This document shows, one piece after another, positions 1 to 9,216 of a DNA stretch of 64,000 nucleotides; position 1 is the first letter of the stretch; every line of letters starts with the position of its first letter. A program made the translations under genes and the position numbers. Origin of the DNA: a virus; the IMG/VR virus record IMGVR_UViG_3300042527_000802, positions 32,001 through 96,000 of that record; one strand, 5' to 3'. The notes beneath the pieces were generated by a model, which had not been told where the DNA came from, did no database searches, and saw only the letters and a list, made by a program, of their open reading frames with translations.

Positions 1-351
1 AGAGTATATGCACAAAAAATCACCTTAATAAATTTAATAAAAGATATTAAATCAAAAAATCAAACTATCCATATATATGGAGCATCAACAAAACTTAATA
101 CAATTCTTGGATATTGCAATATAGGACCAGATTTGATTGAGTATGCTTCTGAAAGAAGTCCAGAGAAGCATGGAGCAAAAACAATAAGTGGTATCAAATT
201 AATCTCTGAAAAAGAAAGTTTAAATATGAAACCAGACTATTATTTAGTCGGTCCATATCATTTTAAAGAAGAAATTTTAGAAAGAGAAAAAAGCACTAGA
301 GAATTAGGAATAAAATTTATTTTTCCTTTACCAATAATAGAAATATTATGA
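1..351 (+). CDS. NDP-sugar C-methyltransferase, C-terminal part (5'-truncated by window)
   Basis: Frame is open from base 1 (RVYAQK...IHIYGASTKLNTILGYC...PDYYLVGPYHFKEEI...FIFPLP), matching the C-terminal domain of sugar C-methyltransferases (YGAxxKxNT). Confidence 0.75.
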   Translation, partial: RVYAQKITLINLIKDIKSKNQTIHIYGASTKLNTILGYCNIGPDLIEYASERSPEKHGAKTISGIKLISEKESLNMKPDYYLVGPYHFKEEILEREKSTRELGIKFIFPLPIIEIL

Positions 352-947
352 TAAAATCAAACTCACAAGCTGGCCAAGATATTTTTGCTTATTATATAAA
401 TAATTATAACAATAATGGTTTTTTCTTAGATCTTGGTTGTAATGAGCCATTTGCAGGCAATAATACTGCACTTCTTGAATCTAAAGGCTGGTCTGGTATT
501 TTGATCGATTATAATTTAAATCTTGTTAATATGTGTCGAAATCAAAGAAGAAATACAGTTTTATTAGCAGACTTAAAAAATGAAAACCTATCCTCAATCT
601 TAGATAATAATCAAGCTCCTAATATTATAGATTATATTTCTATGGATTTAGATTTTGATATTGCTTTGGATTCAATAAAAACTTTTGACTTTACAAAAAG
701 AAAAATAAAATGTATGACTTTTGAACATGATTTTTATTCTACAAAAAGCTCTATGAAAGATGAATCACGAAAATTTCTCCAATCTGTTGGCTTAACTATT
801 GTTTGCAAAGATGTTCAAGTTTTCAGAGGCTCAAGTTTTGAAGATTGGTATATTGATAGTAATTTGGTAGACAAAAATATTTATGAGCATATTTTATCTG
901 ATAATCTTTATTATTCTGAAATCATAGAAAAAATTAATCTAAAATGA
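348..947 (+). CDS. FkbM-like SAM-dependent methyltransferase
   Basis: SQAGQD, GFFLDLGC, NNTALLE..GWSGILID, IDYISMDLD motifs. Confidence 0.7.
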   Translation: MIKSNSQAGQDIFAYYINNYNNNGFFLDLGCNEPFAGNNTALLESKGWSGILIDYNLNLVNMCRNQRRNTVLLADLKNENLSSILDNNQAPNIIDYISMDLDFDIALDSIKTFDFTKRKIKCMTFEHDFYSTKSSMKDESRKFLQSVGLTIVCKDVQVFRGSSFEDWYIDSNLVDKNIYEHILSDNLYYSEIIEKINLK

Positions 948-1966
948 AATTTTTTGCACATAATAATTGTCTAAATGATCCAAAAGAATTTGGCTCTTTT
1001 ACTGTGGTAGCTCGTAAACTTAATGATCAATTTAAAAGTTTAAATATATTGGGCGATCCAGACTCCAATGATACTTATGTAATATACCCAGAAGTATATG
1101 CTACCGAACGACGATGGCATAAACATATTCCATATTTAGCTTGCGAATACAGTCTTGCTCCACAAATTGTTATTGATAAATTAAATAGTTATAATCCACT
1201 AGTACTAGCTATTAGTAATTTTGCTAAAAAAAACTTAAACAATTCTGGATATAATAAAGTTGAAACTGTGCATTTAGGAACAGATCCGGATTTATGGAAA
1301 CCTGTTTCAGAAGATAAATTTTCTACTTTTACCTATTTAACGGTAAATACTAGCAATGAACGAAGTGGATACGAAAAACTCATTCCGGCTTTTTTAGAGT
1401 TTTCAAAAGATAAAAATGTTAATTTAATTATTAAAGACGGAAATAATCCTAATTTTAAATCATATATAGAATCATTAAATTATGATAAAATTATTTATAT
1501 TGGATCAATGTTGAGTCAAGAAGAACTCAGAAAACTTTATAATAAAAGTCATATATTTTTATATACTAATAATACAACATCTTTTGGTATGAACCCTATG
1601 GACTCTGTATTATGCGGCACTCCATGCATAGTCACCCTAGGATCTGCATTACAAGAATTTATACCAGAATGGACACAACCTATTAAAATTAAAACACAGA
1701 CAGAACAAATAACACCAGAACTAATAAGAGAATGGAATCACTCTGGAATTAACTGTTTTCCAGAAGGATTCTTACAAGTATTTCGTGGTCCTATTTATTG
1801 CGAAAGAGTGATCGAGAAAGATATTCTTAATGCCTTAGAACATTCTTTTGCTAATTATAATACATATCTTGATTTTGTTGAACCGCATAAAGAGTACATT
1901 TTACATAATTTTACATGGCAACAATGCGCGCTTAATTTATTAAAAAAGGTTAAAGATTATGATTAA
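944..1966 (+). CDS. GT-B (GT4-like) glycosyltransferase
   Basis: VLAISNF, VHLGTD, LRKLYNKSHIFLY..SFGMNPMDSVLCGTPCIVT, FTWQQCA. Confidence 0.75.
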   Translation: MKFFAHNNCLNDPKEFGSFTVVARKLNDQFKSLNILGDPDSNDTYVIYPEVYATERRWHKHIPYLACEYSLAPQIVIDKLNSYNPLVLAISNFAKKNLNNSGYNKVETVHLGTDPDLWKPVSEDKFSTFTYLTVNTSNERSGYEKLIPAFLEFSKDKNVNLIIKDGNNPNFKSYIESLNYDKIIYIGSMLSQEELRKLYNKSHIFLYTNNTTSFGMNPMDSVLCGTPCIVTLGSALQEFIPEWTQPIKIKTQTEQITPELIREWNHSGINCFPEGFLQVFRGPIYCERVIEKDILNALEHSFANYNTYLDFVEPHKEYILHNFTWQQCALNLLKKVKDYD

Positions 1967-2306
1967 TTTATTGGTAGATGAGGCATATGCTTTTGATTAT
2001 CTCGCAATATTAGAAGTAAAAAAGAACCTATATTGTTCTGAACAAAAAGAAAACACACATAATGAATGCAAGCAATTTTTGTTAAATCAACTCAAAAACT
2101 TTAAAGAAATAATTATATCTAAAGAATATAAAGACTTATACGATATTAATTTATTCACATTCAATCTTATAGATAAACTTAGAGAAGGCAAAGAAATTAC
2201 AGCCCTTGAGATTGATAATGCTAATATGGAAAGATTTTACAAAAAAAAAGCATTACAAGATAAATTTTTTACTAATCCACTGACAGAAGAAAAAATTACA
2301 AAATAA
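1959..2306 (+). CDS. Small helical protein, DUF6165-like (glycosylation-locus associated)
   Basis: AFDYLAILEVK...LYDIN...N..R...K...EEK pattern; overlaps both neighbours. Confidence 0.5.
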   Translation: MINLLVDEAYAFDYLAILEVKKNLYCSEQKENTHNECKQFLLNQLKNFKEIIISKEYKDLYDINLFTFNLIDKLREGKEITALEIDNANMERFYKKKALQDKFFTNPLTEEKITK

Positions 2307-3478
2307 TGAATAATTTTTGGCCACTAAATATTAATAATTTTACTGTTGATGATAGAAAATCTATTTCTAATTTTATTGAAGATACAAAAAATAGATGGAC
2401 TCAAGACATACAAGTAAAAATTTTTGAACAAAAGTTTTCAGAGTTTATTGGGTGTAAATATGCAATTTTTGTTTCTAGTGGATCAACGGCCAATACAATG
2501 CTCGCTCAGTATTTGAGAGATACCACAAAAAAAAATAGAAATAAAATTATATTACCATCAACAACTTGGCAAACATCTTGTTCCCCATGGATTAGAGAAG
2601 GCTTTCAACCGATATTTATTGATATTTCATTAGATGATTTTTGTATAGACATTGAAAAGTTAGAAAAAATGCTACAGCAAGATGCATCTGACATAGCATG
2701 TGTTTTTCCAACATCTTTAATAGGATTTTCTCCTAATATTGAACATATAAAAAATATTACAGACAAATATAATGTTAAATTAATGTTTGATAATTGTGAA
2801 AATACACTAGGGTCATATGATCAAAAAAACTTATCCTCATATGTGACAAGTACAACGTCTACATATTTTGGACATCAAATACAATCAGTAGAAGGAGGTT
2901 TTATATTTACTGATTCTGTAGACGAGTATGAGTATTTTTTGATGCTTCGTAATCATGGAATGACTAGAGGTTTAACAGCATACGGTTTAGATGCTACTAA
3001 ATATCAAAATAATGACGTTGATTCATTTTTTGACTTTTATTGTTTAGGAAATAACTATAGAAATACAGATATTAATGCATTCATAGGACAATTAGATTTA
3101 AATAGAGCTAACTATTATAAAACAAAAAGAATTGAATTATATAGTGTCTATTATGCAAATCTAGACAGAAACAGGTACTATCTGCCAAATATTAACCGTT
3201 CTCTTGCAGAAGATGTGCCATTTTGTTTGCCAATTATATCTTTAGACAGATCTAATAAAAATAAAGCTATAGAAATATGTAGAAACTTATCTATAGAATA
3301 TAGACCAATAATATCAGGTTTTCTGGGGCGTCAAACGTGCTATAGATCATTTTTTAATAATGATACGGAATATAAAAACTCCATATTCTTACACGATCAT
3401 GGATTTTATGTTGGTCTACATCCTCATATAGAACCAAATGATATACAATTATTGTGTGATAAGCTAAATTCTGCATGA
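2306..3478 (+). CDS. DegT/DnrJ-fold PLP enzyme, ColD-like NDP-4-keto-6-deoxyhexose 3-dehydratase
   Basis: VSSGSTAN, DNCE, STYFGHQIQSVEGG (His at the usual Schiff-base Lys position), LRNHG, GNNYR, GFYVG. Confidence 0.75.
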   Translation: MNNFWPLNINNFTVDDRKSISNFIEDTKNRWTQDIQVKIFEQKFSEFIGCKYAIFVSSGSTANTMLAQYLRDTTKKNRNKIILPSTTWQTSCSPWIREGFQPIFIDISLDDFCIDIEKLEKMLQQDASDIACVFPTSLIGFSPNIEHIKNITDKYNVKLMFDNCENTLGSYDQKNLSSYVTSTTSTYFGHQIQSVEGGFIFTDSVDEYEYFLMLRNHGMTRGLTAYGLDATKYQNNDVDSFFDFYCLGNNYRNTDINAFIGQLDLNRANYYKTKRIELYSVYYANLDRNRYYLPNINRSLAEDVPFCLPIISLDRSNKNKAIEICRNLSIEYRPIISGFLGRQTCYRSFFNNDTEYKNSIFLHDHGFYVGLHPHIEPNDIQLLCDKLNSA

Positions 3479-3499
3479 CGAGCATTTTACAAAAAAAAA

Positions 3500-3527
3500 T
3501 TGACCTTTCCATTCGATAACGTATGAT
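3500..3527 (+). promoter_or_regulatory. Sigma70-like promoter TTGACC-N16-TATGAT with upstream A-tract
   Basis: Intergenic near-consensus hexamers ahead of the NDT/guaC genes. Confidence 0.65.
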
Positions 3528-3559
3528 AGATCTGTATTTCACCTCGAAAGGACAATAAG

Positions 3560-3649
3560 ATGCTTGGTGGTTTTTTATTTATCATTATATGTTTTTCTGT
3601 ACTGGTTGGTTATTGTCAAGGAATGTCTGATATTAATTATAGAAAATAA
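3560..3649 (+). CDS. 29-aa membrane micropeptide (not in ORF track)
   Basis: MLGGFLFIIICFSVLVGYCQGMSDINYRK; AAGGA upstream; fills the gap between the promoter and the ORF at 3652. Confidence 0.5.
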   Translation: MLGGFLFIIICFSVLVGYCQGMSDINYRK

Positions 3650-3651
3650 TT

Positions 3652-4182
3652 ATGAAAAGATTAGCTAATCAAAGGGTTTATCTGGCCGGGGCTATGGATC
3701 GAGTTGCTGACAGAGGAAATGGATGGAGAGATAATATTACTCCATTTTTAGATTCATTAGGAATTATAGTATTCAATCCAATAAAAAAGCCTTCAGTTAT
3801 AGGTATGGAAGATACTGCCACTCATGAATTAAAAGTAAAATTAAAAAATCAAGAGAGGTATGAAGGTCTATCTCAGTTAATGAAAGTTATACGTTCTGTT
3901 GATTTAAGATTAGTCGATATCAGTGATTTTTTGATAGTTAATCTAGATTTAGATATTCATCCTTGTGGAACATATGAAGAAATTTTTTGGGCTAATCGTC
4001 AAAAAAAACCCATAATAATTCATATGGTTCAAGGAAAACAAAAAGCACCAGACTGGTTATTTGGTACTATTCCTCACGAAATGATATTTTCTTCATGGGA
4101 TGATATTAAAGAGTATTTGGATCAAATTAATTCCAAAACAGAAATTAATCATCATAATAGATGGTATTTCTTTAATATATAA
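3652..4182 (+). CDS. Nucleoside 2-deoxyribosyltransferase / nucleotide N-hydrolase-like protein
   Basis: VYLAG, FNP, DLRLVDISD, GTYEEIFWA..QKKPII motifs. Confidence 0.75.
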   Translation: MKRLANQRVYLAGAMDRVADRGNGWRDNITPFLDSLGIIVFNPIKKPSVIGMEDTATHELKVKLKNQERYEGLSQLMKVIRSVDLRLVDISDFLIVNLDLDIHPCGTYEEIFWANRQKKPIIIHMVQGKQKAPDWLFGTIPHEMIFSSWDDIKEYLDQINSKTEINHHNRWYFFNI

Positions 4183-4189
4183 ATATCCT

Positions 4190-4393
4190 ATGCCAAAATA
4201 TTATGTGAAATCTGGACAGATAAAATTTGTTATTGACTGCACCGATCACAAATGCGCTATTTTTGCAGCATTAACTCATTATAAGGGGAAGGGTCTTGTA
4301 ACAGGTCCAAAAATTTGCGTTAGCGAACAAGGATTTGAAAGTTTCAAAAAATGGAAATGCTACGATACAGATAAGTTTTTAAAGGATATTTAA
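4190..4393 (+). CDS. Hypothetical protein (likely start MPKYYVKSG)
   Basis: The ATG at 4190 avoids overlap with the upstream gene; stop overlaps the guaC start. Confidence 0.5.
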   Translation: MPKYYVKSGQIKFVIDCTDHKCAIFAALTHYKGKGLVTGPKICVSEQGFESFKKWKCYDTDKFLKDI

Positions 4394-5511
4394 TGCAAAA
4401 AATTATTAATGAAATAAAATTGGATTTTGATGATGTTCTTATTCGTCCAAAAAGATCAACACTAAATAGTCGTTCAGAAGTTTGTATTGAAAAAGAATTT
4501 AAATTTAAATATTCTCCAAGAAAATTATCTGTTGTTCCTATTATGGTGGCTAATATGGATACAGTAGGAACCCTTGCTATGGCCAAAACATTATGCCAAG
4601 CAGGGTCCATAGTTTGTTTACATAAACACTATATCACAACAGATATAATTAATTTCTATACTAATGAACCAAATTCAATTACAGAAAAAGCATTCTACTC
4701 TGTAGGAACATCTGAAAAAGATTTAGAGAAGCTCACTCATGTAACAGAAGCTCTGTATACTAAAGGTAAAAAATCACCAAATATTTGTCTTGATGTAGCA
4801 AATGGCTATACTGAATATTTTGTTAAAATAGCTCATAAAATACGTAAACTATTTCCAGAATCAATTTTAATGGCCGGAAATGTTGTCACTCCAGAAATGA
4901 CAGAAGAACTCATTATTCATGGAGAAGTTGATATAGTCAAAGTTGGTATAGGTTCTGGTAGTGTATGTACCACACGTTTAAAAACTGGCGTTGGATATCC
5001 TCAATTGAGTGCTGTGATGGAATGCTCTGACGCTGCTCATGGTCTTGGTGGACATATTTGTTCAGATGGTGGTTGTAAAGTAGTTGGAGACGTTTGTAAG
5101 GCATTTGGGGCAAATGCTGATTTTGTTATGTTAGGCAGTATGTTTGCTGGTACTGATGAGTGTGAAGGAGAATGGAAATATGAATACTTAACAAGTATGG
5201 GATTTTGGCAACCTTTAAATCCAGAACATCAATTTGAATGTCAAAAAAGAAAAGTGTCACTCCAATATTATGGGATGAGCAGTAAAAATGCTATGGATAA
5301 ACACCATAATGGAGTAGCAAAATACAGAACAGCAGAAGGCAAATGTGTTACAGTTCCATATAAGGGTAAAGCTGAAGAAATATTACAAGATATTTACGGC
5401 GGCATACGAAGTGCCTGTACATATATTGGAGCAAATAAAATAAAAGATTTCGGTAAAAAAACCACGTTTATACAGGTTAATAATACTCATAATAGATTGT
5501 ATGAAAAATGA
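4393..5511 (+). CDS. guaC: GMP reductase
   Basis: LDFDDVLIRPKRSTLNSRSEV, ANMDTVGT, LDVANGY, VKVGIGSGSVCTTR..TGVGYPQLSAV, YGMSS, YRTAEGK. Confidence 0.92.
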   Translation: MQKIINEIKLDFDDVLIRPKRSTLNSRSEVCIEKEFKFKYSPRKLSVVPIMVANMDTVGTLAMAKTLCQAGSIVCLHKHYITTDIINFYTNEPNSITEKAFYSVGTSEKDLEKLTHVTEALYTKGKKSPNICLDVANGYTEYFVKIAHKIRKLFPESILMAGNVVTPEMTEELIIHGEVDIVKVGIGSGSVCTTRLKTGVGYPQLSAVMECSDAAHGLGGHICSDGGCKVVGDVCKAFGANADFVMLGSMFAGTDECEGEWKYEYLTSMGFWQPLNPEHQFECQKRKVSLQYYGMSSKNAMDKHHNGVAKYRTAEGKCVTVPYKGKAEEILQDIYGGIRSACTYIGANKIKDFGKKTTFIQVNNTHNRLYEK

Positions 5512-6566
5512 ATATAAATATATCTTGTCCAATAAATAGTACTGGCTATGGCGTAGCATCGTTGAACATTCTAAGAGAATTAGTTCAATCAAATAATATA
5601 TCATATCTCCCCATAGGTGGAATATCTGTTGATAATCGTGAAGATTATGATATGATGCAAAATCTAGTTCAATCAAAGAGCGAGCCAGACATACATTCGC
5701 CGTTCATCAAGATCTGGCATCAGTTTGATTTGGCCATGAGATTTGGTAGAGGAAAATATTTTGCTTTACCATTTTTTGAATTAGATACATTTAATAATAG
5801 AGAGAAACAACACCTATCAGTGCCCGATATGGTATTTGCAACTTCTGAATGGGCAAAAGGAGTTATTAAAAATAATATTCCTGGTGTTGAGTGCCAAGTT
5901 GTTCCTCTTGGAGTAGACAGCAGAATATTTAATCATAATAAGATTCAAAAACTTAGAAATGATGGTAAATATGTATTTCTTAATATAGGAAAATGGGAAA
6001 AAAGAAAAGGACACGATTTTATTATTGATTTATTTAATCAAGCTTTTTCAGATACAGACGATGTAGAACTATGGATTCTTGCATCAGAAACAACCAATAG
6101 TTACTCTTCTGCTGAAGAAATTGCCGAATGGAAGAAAAAGTATTCTCATCCTAAAGTTAAAATTTTTTCTGGTGTTAAATCTCATCAAGAGATAGCCTAT
6201 TTGATAGCAGAGTCAGATTGTGGTCTGTACCCATCACGAGCAGAAGGGTGGAATCTGGAATTATTAGAAACTATGAGTATGAATAAACCTGTTATAGCAA
6301 CTAATTTTTCAGCACATACAGAATATTGCACTAAAGAGAATTCATATCTGATAGATATAGACAGTACAGAATCTGCACATGATGGTAAAGCATTTCAAGG
6401 ACAAGGAAATTGGGCAAAAATAGGTCAATCTCAAAATGATCAAATCATAGAATATATGAAACATTTATATAAAAATAGAATAGATACTAATTTAGCCGGA
6501 TTAGAGACTGCTCAAAAATTTTCATGGAAAAACTCTGCAAATCAAATTATGGGGTATATATCCTAA
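5508..6566 (+). CDS. GT4 glycosyltransferase
   Basis: NSTGYG, VVPLGVD, NIGKWEKRKG, PSRAEGWNLELLETMSMNKPVIAT (E-X7-E). Confidence 0.88.
   Translation: MNINISCPINSTGYGVASLNILRELVQSNNISYLPIGGISVDNREDYDMMQNLVQSKSEPDIHSPFIKIWHQFDLAMRFGRGKYFALPFFELDTFNNREKQHLSVPDMVFATSEWAKGVIKNNIPGVECQVVPLGVDSRIFNHNKIQKLRNDGKYVFLNIGKWEKRKGHDFIIDLFNQAFSDTDDVELWILASETTNSYSSAEEIAEWKKKYSHPKVKIFSGVKSHQEIAYLIAESDCGLYPSRAEGWNLELLETMSMNKPVIATNFSAHTEYCTKENSYLIDIDSTESAHDGKAFQGQGNWAKIGQSQNDQIIEYMKHLYKNRIDTNLAGLETAQKFSWKNSANQIMGYIS
6551..6558 (+). promoter_or_regulatory. GG(T/G)GTAT motif, candidate phage-sigma promoter
   Basis: GGGGTATA about 25 nt before the ATG at 6583; the motif recurs ahead of other genes. Confidence 0.45.
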
Positions 6567-6582
6567 GAACAGGAGATACTCT

Positions 6583-7236
6583 ATGCCAATACCAAAACCA
6601 GAACAAGGCGAAAAAACCAAAGACTTTATTGCTCGTTGCATGGGCAATGATACAATGGTAAAAGATTATAAAGATAATGGCCAAAGATATGCTATATGCA
6701 TTTCTCAAACCAAAAGAGATAAAAAATCAACAAAATCTTCAGTTTTAGACGATGCATTAGAAGCGTTGTCTTATATTTTAGAATATGAAGAAGGATTTAC
6801 TGAAGAATTAACAGATGCAAATATTGTGGTTCCAAGCGAATCCGACTACGTTGATTTTGGTGAGACAGTGGAAGAGTTTGAAATCCAAGCTAAATATGAG
6901 TTTGAGGATCCAAAAACAAACGAAATCTACTACTACAATAGAATGGGCAATTGGAAAAAAGACGGTAGATCATTAATATTTAAAGGAAAAGCTTCAGAAT
7001 ATCAAGGTAGAAAAGTACAGCTAAACAAACCATTTAGAACTTCAGATGGTCCAAAAAAATTCAGTGTTTATGTTAAAAACGATAAAGGGAATGTTGTTAA
7101 GGTTAATTTTGGCGATCCAAATATGAAAATCAAAAAGAATATTCCTGAGCGACGTAGAAGTTTTAGAGCAAGACACAATTGCGATAATCCTGGTCCAAAA
7201 TGGAAAGCTCGTTACTGGTCATGTAAAGCCTGGTAA
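6583..7236 (+). CDS. Modular phage protein with C-terminal DUF6321-like basic domain
   Basis: N-terminal MPIPKP..E...DFIARCM...QRYAIC module, acidic middle, C-terminal EYQGRKVQLNKP...FGDPNM...SFRARHNC...ARYWSC. Confidence 0.55.
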   Translation: MPIPKPEQGEKTKDFIARCMGNDTMVKDYKDNGQRYAICISQTKRDKKSTKSSVLDDALEALSYILEYEEGFTEELTDANIVVPSESDYVDFGETVEEFEIQAKYEFEDPKTNEIYYYNRMGNWKKDGRSLIFKGKASEYQGRKVQLNKPFRTSDGPKKFSVYVKNDKGNVVKVNFGDPNMKIKKNIPERRRSFRARHNCDNPGPKWKARYWSCKAW

Positions 7237-7260
7237 TTAATTATTTTAAAAGGAAACAAT

Positions 7261-7851
7261 ATGCAATCAATAGAAGACTTAATTAAAGCACAAGAAATAG
7301 TCATACAACCAACTGAGCAATCAGAACAACAAACACCACAAGAAGAGAATCTAGACAATCAAATACAAGCACAAGAAGTACCAGGATATTCATCAGATAC
7401 TGTCATTGAATTACTAAAACAATCATTAAATATTCACTGGCAACAGACCACGAGCCTTTCTGCACAAGCTATGCATTTAGAGCGTTGGGGATATACAAAA
7501 TTAGCTGATATAATTAGAAAAGACGCAGAAGAAGAACATCAACACGCTATTGTTAATATAAAAAGATTAGAATTTTTTGATGTTGATTATCAACCATTAG
7601 TCATAAGCCCCCCAGTTTGGAAAAGGCACGATATGTTAGGCATGATTCAATACAATCTAAATAGTGTTAGAGAAGCATCAGCAACAGAAAGAGCAACTAT
7701 TGTTGCTGCTAGAGCTATTGGGGATGAAATTACTGCAAATATTATGATACCACTACTACAAGGTAGTGAAAATGGTATTGAATTATATGAAGGATATTTA
7801 AAACTTATTGAACAAATGGGTATCGATAACTTCTTGAGTATACAGGTTTAA
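7261..7851 (+). CDS. Bacterioferritin-like protein with degenerate ferroxidase centre
   Basis: Co-linear with Bfr (WGYTKLA, EEEHQHA, LKLIEQMGIDNFL), but several iron ligands are substituted. Confidence 0.75.
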   Translation: MQSIEDLIKAQEIVIQPTEQSEQQTPQEENLDNQIQAQEVPGYSSDTVIELLKQSLNIHWQQTTSLSAQAMHLERWGYTKLADIIRKDAEEEHQHAIVNIKRLEFFDVDYQPLVISPPVWKRHDMLGMIQYNLNSVREASATERATIVAARAIGDEITANIMIPLLQGSENGIELYEGYLKLIEQMGIDNFLSIQV

Positions 7852-7857
7852 AGCCTG

Positions 7858-8517
7858 ATGAATATTTTATCACAAATTAAAAATAATAAAAGCTCTATAG
7901 ATATTGATAGTATACATTACTGCGATCATATCACAGAGTACCCAGTTGCAGACATTATTACAGCCAATTGGAAAACAGTACTTTCTCCTCCAAATATTAA
8001 CAGTAGTAAACAAACATATAATGAATTAATAGAGGTTTATAATAAAAGCACCAAAAGATCAACACAACAGATCGAAACTATTAGAGCGATAGACGCTAAT
8101 GCTAATTATTTTTTATACGAGCTATTAAATAAATTAAATATAACATTTGCTAAAGATATATTTAATGAAATGTATGGAGTCATGAAGCCAATTATTTTAA
8201 ATACAAAAAATTTGTTCAATAGAGCCAGACCATATCAATTAGGAAAATTTTATGATATGGAACCCGATGTTATTGTAACAAGCACACATCACACTCCATC
8301 TTATCCTTCTGGTCATACATTTTATACAAGATTAAGTTGTAATATAGTTGCTAGTCAATATCCTAATTTACAAGACGAATTAGATAAAATTACAAATATT
8401 ACAGCAGAGGCTCGCATCGCACAAGGTGTACATTATCGTTCAGATAATAATGCATCCATCATCTTAGCAGATTACTGGTATAAATACTTAAATCAACAAT
8501 TATATGGAAAGAAATGA
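7858..8517 (+). CDS. PAP2-superfamily phosphatase / haloperoxidase-like protein
   Basis: KNLFNRARP (KX6RP), SYPSGH, ARIAQGVHYRSD. Confidence 0.85.
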   Translation: MNILSQIKNNKSSIDIDSIHYCDHITEYPVADIITANWKTVLSPPNINSSKQTYNELIEVYNKSTKRSTQQIETIRAIDANANYFLYELLNKLNITFAKDIFNEMYGVMKPIILNTKNLFNRARPYQLGKFYDMEPDVIVTSTHHTPSYPSGHTFYTRLSCNIVASQYPNLQDELDKITNITAEARIAQGVHYRSDNNASIILADYWYKYLNQQLYGKK

Positions 8518-8527
8518 GGGTGGTAAC

Positions 8528-9160
8528 ATGGAACGTATTCATTCTTTATTAAATGATATTAATGATAGAATAAAAAACAGCACAAAAGCATACAATGAAG
8601 ATGTGCAAATTGACGACAATCGAAGAGACTATGATGATGAGATTGATGTTATTGACTTACAAACTGAAATGTTTGCAAATAAAATGCAGCTTGATGCGTT
8701 GAAAAAAGCTCTTAAAAAGATGCGCAAATCTAAAGGACAAGATTTTACAGATATAGAGGATATGGAAGAAGAAACTATTGAACAAGAAATGATGGAATAT
8801 AAAAGTGATTTTTATGAAATGAGTATCGGTTCTATTAGGGCCATAGCCACACATGCGAATGGTATTTTAAAAGCTATCGAAGAAAATAACAGTTCAGTTA
8901 AAGAAAACTTGACAGAGAGCTGGCTACAGGGTAAAATTGCCATCACAGAGGACTACATGCGTACAATTCATGATTTTGTAATGTTTGTGTCCGACGATGA
9001 CGATAACTCTGATGCTGTGTCAAAACTAGGACTTTGGGATAATATAAGAAAGAAAAAAGAAAAAATGGGCAAAAACTATAAGCCCGCAAAGCCTGGAGAT
9101 AAAGATAGACCAGATCCGAAACAATGGAAAAAATTAACAAAAAAAGAAAAAGATAAGTAA
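8528..9160 (+). CDS. Acidic modular hypothetical protein with basic C-terminal module
   Basis: ORF track 8504..9160; the ATG at 8528 has a better SD; LTESWLQGKIA and GLWDNIRKKK..RP modules. Confidence 0.5.
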   Translation: MERIHSLLNDINDRIKNSTKAYNEDVQIDDNRRDYDDEIDVIDLQTEMFANKMQLDALKKALKKMRKSKGQDFTDIEDMEEETIEQEMMEYKSDFYEMSIGSIRAIATHANGILKAIEENNSSVKENLTESWLQGKIAITEDYMRTIHDFVMFVSDDDDNSDAVSKLGLWDNIRKKKEKMGKNYKPAKPGDKDRPDPKQWKKLTKKEKDK

Positions 9161-9216
9161 GATAACATAAGACCGTAAGACTAATATTTGGACCTATTAA
9201 AGAAAGAGGATTTAAA

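Noticed and set aside
9151-9185. TAAGA repeats upstream of the sigma gene as an operator
   Set aside because: Only three 5-mers with uneven spacing in AT-rich DNA; not distinguishable from chance.
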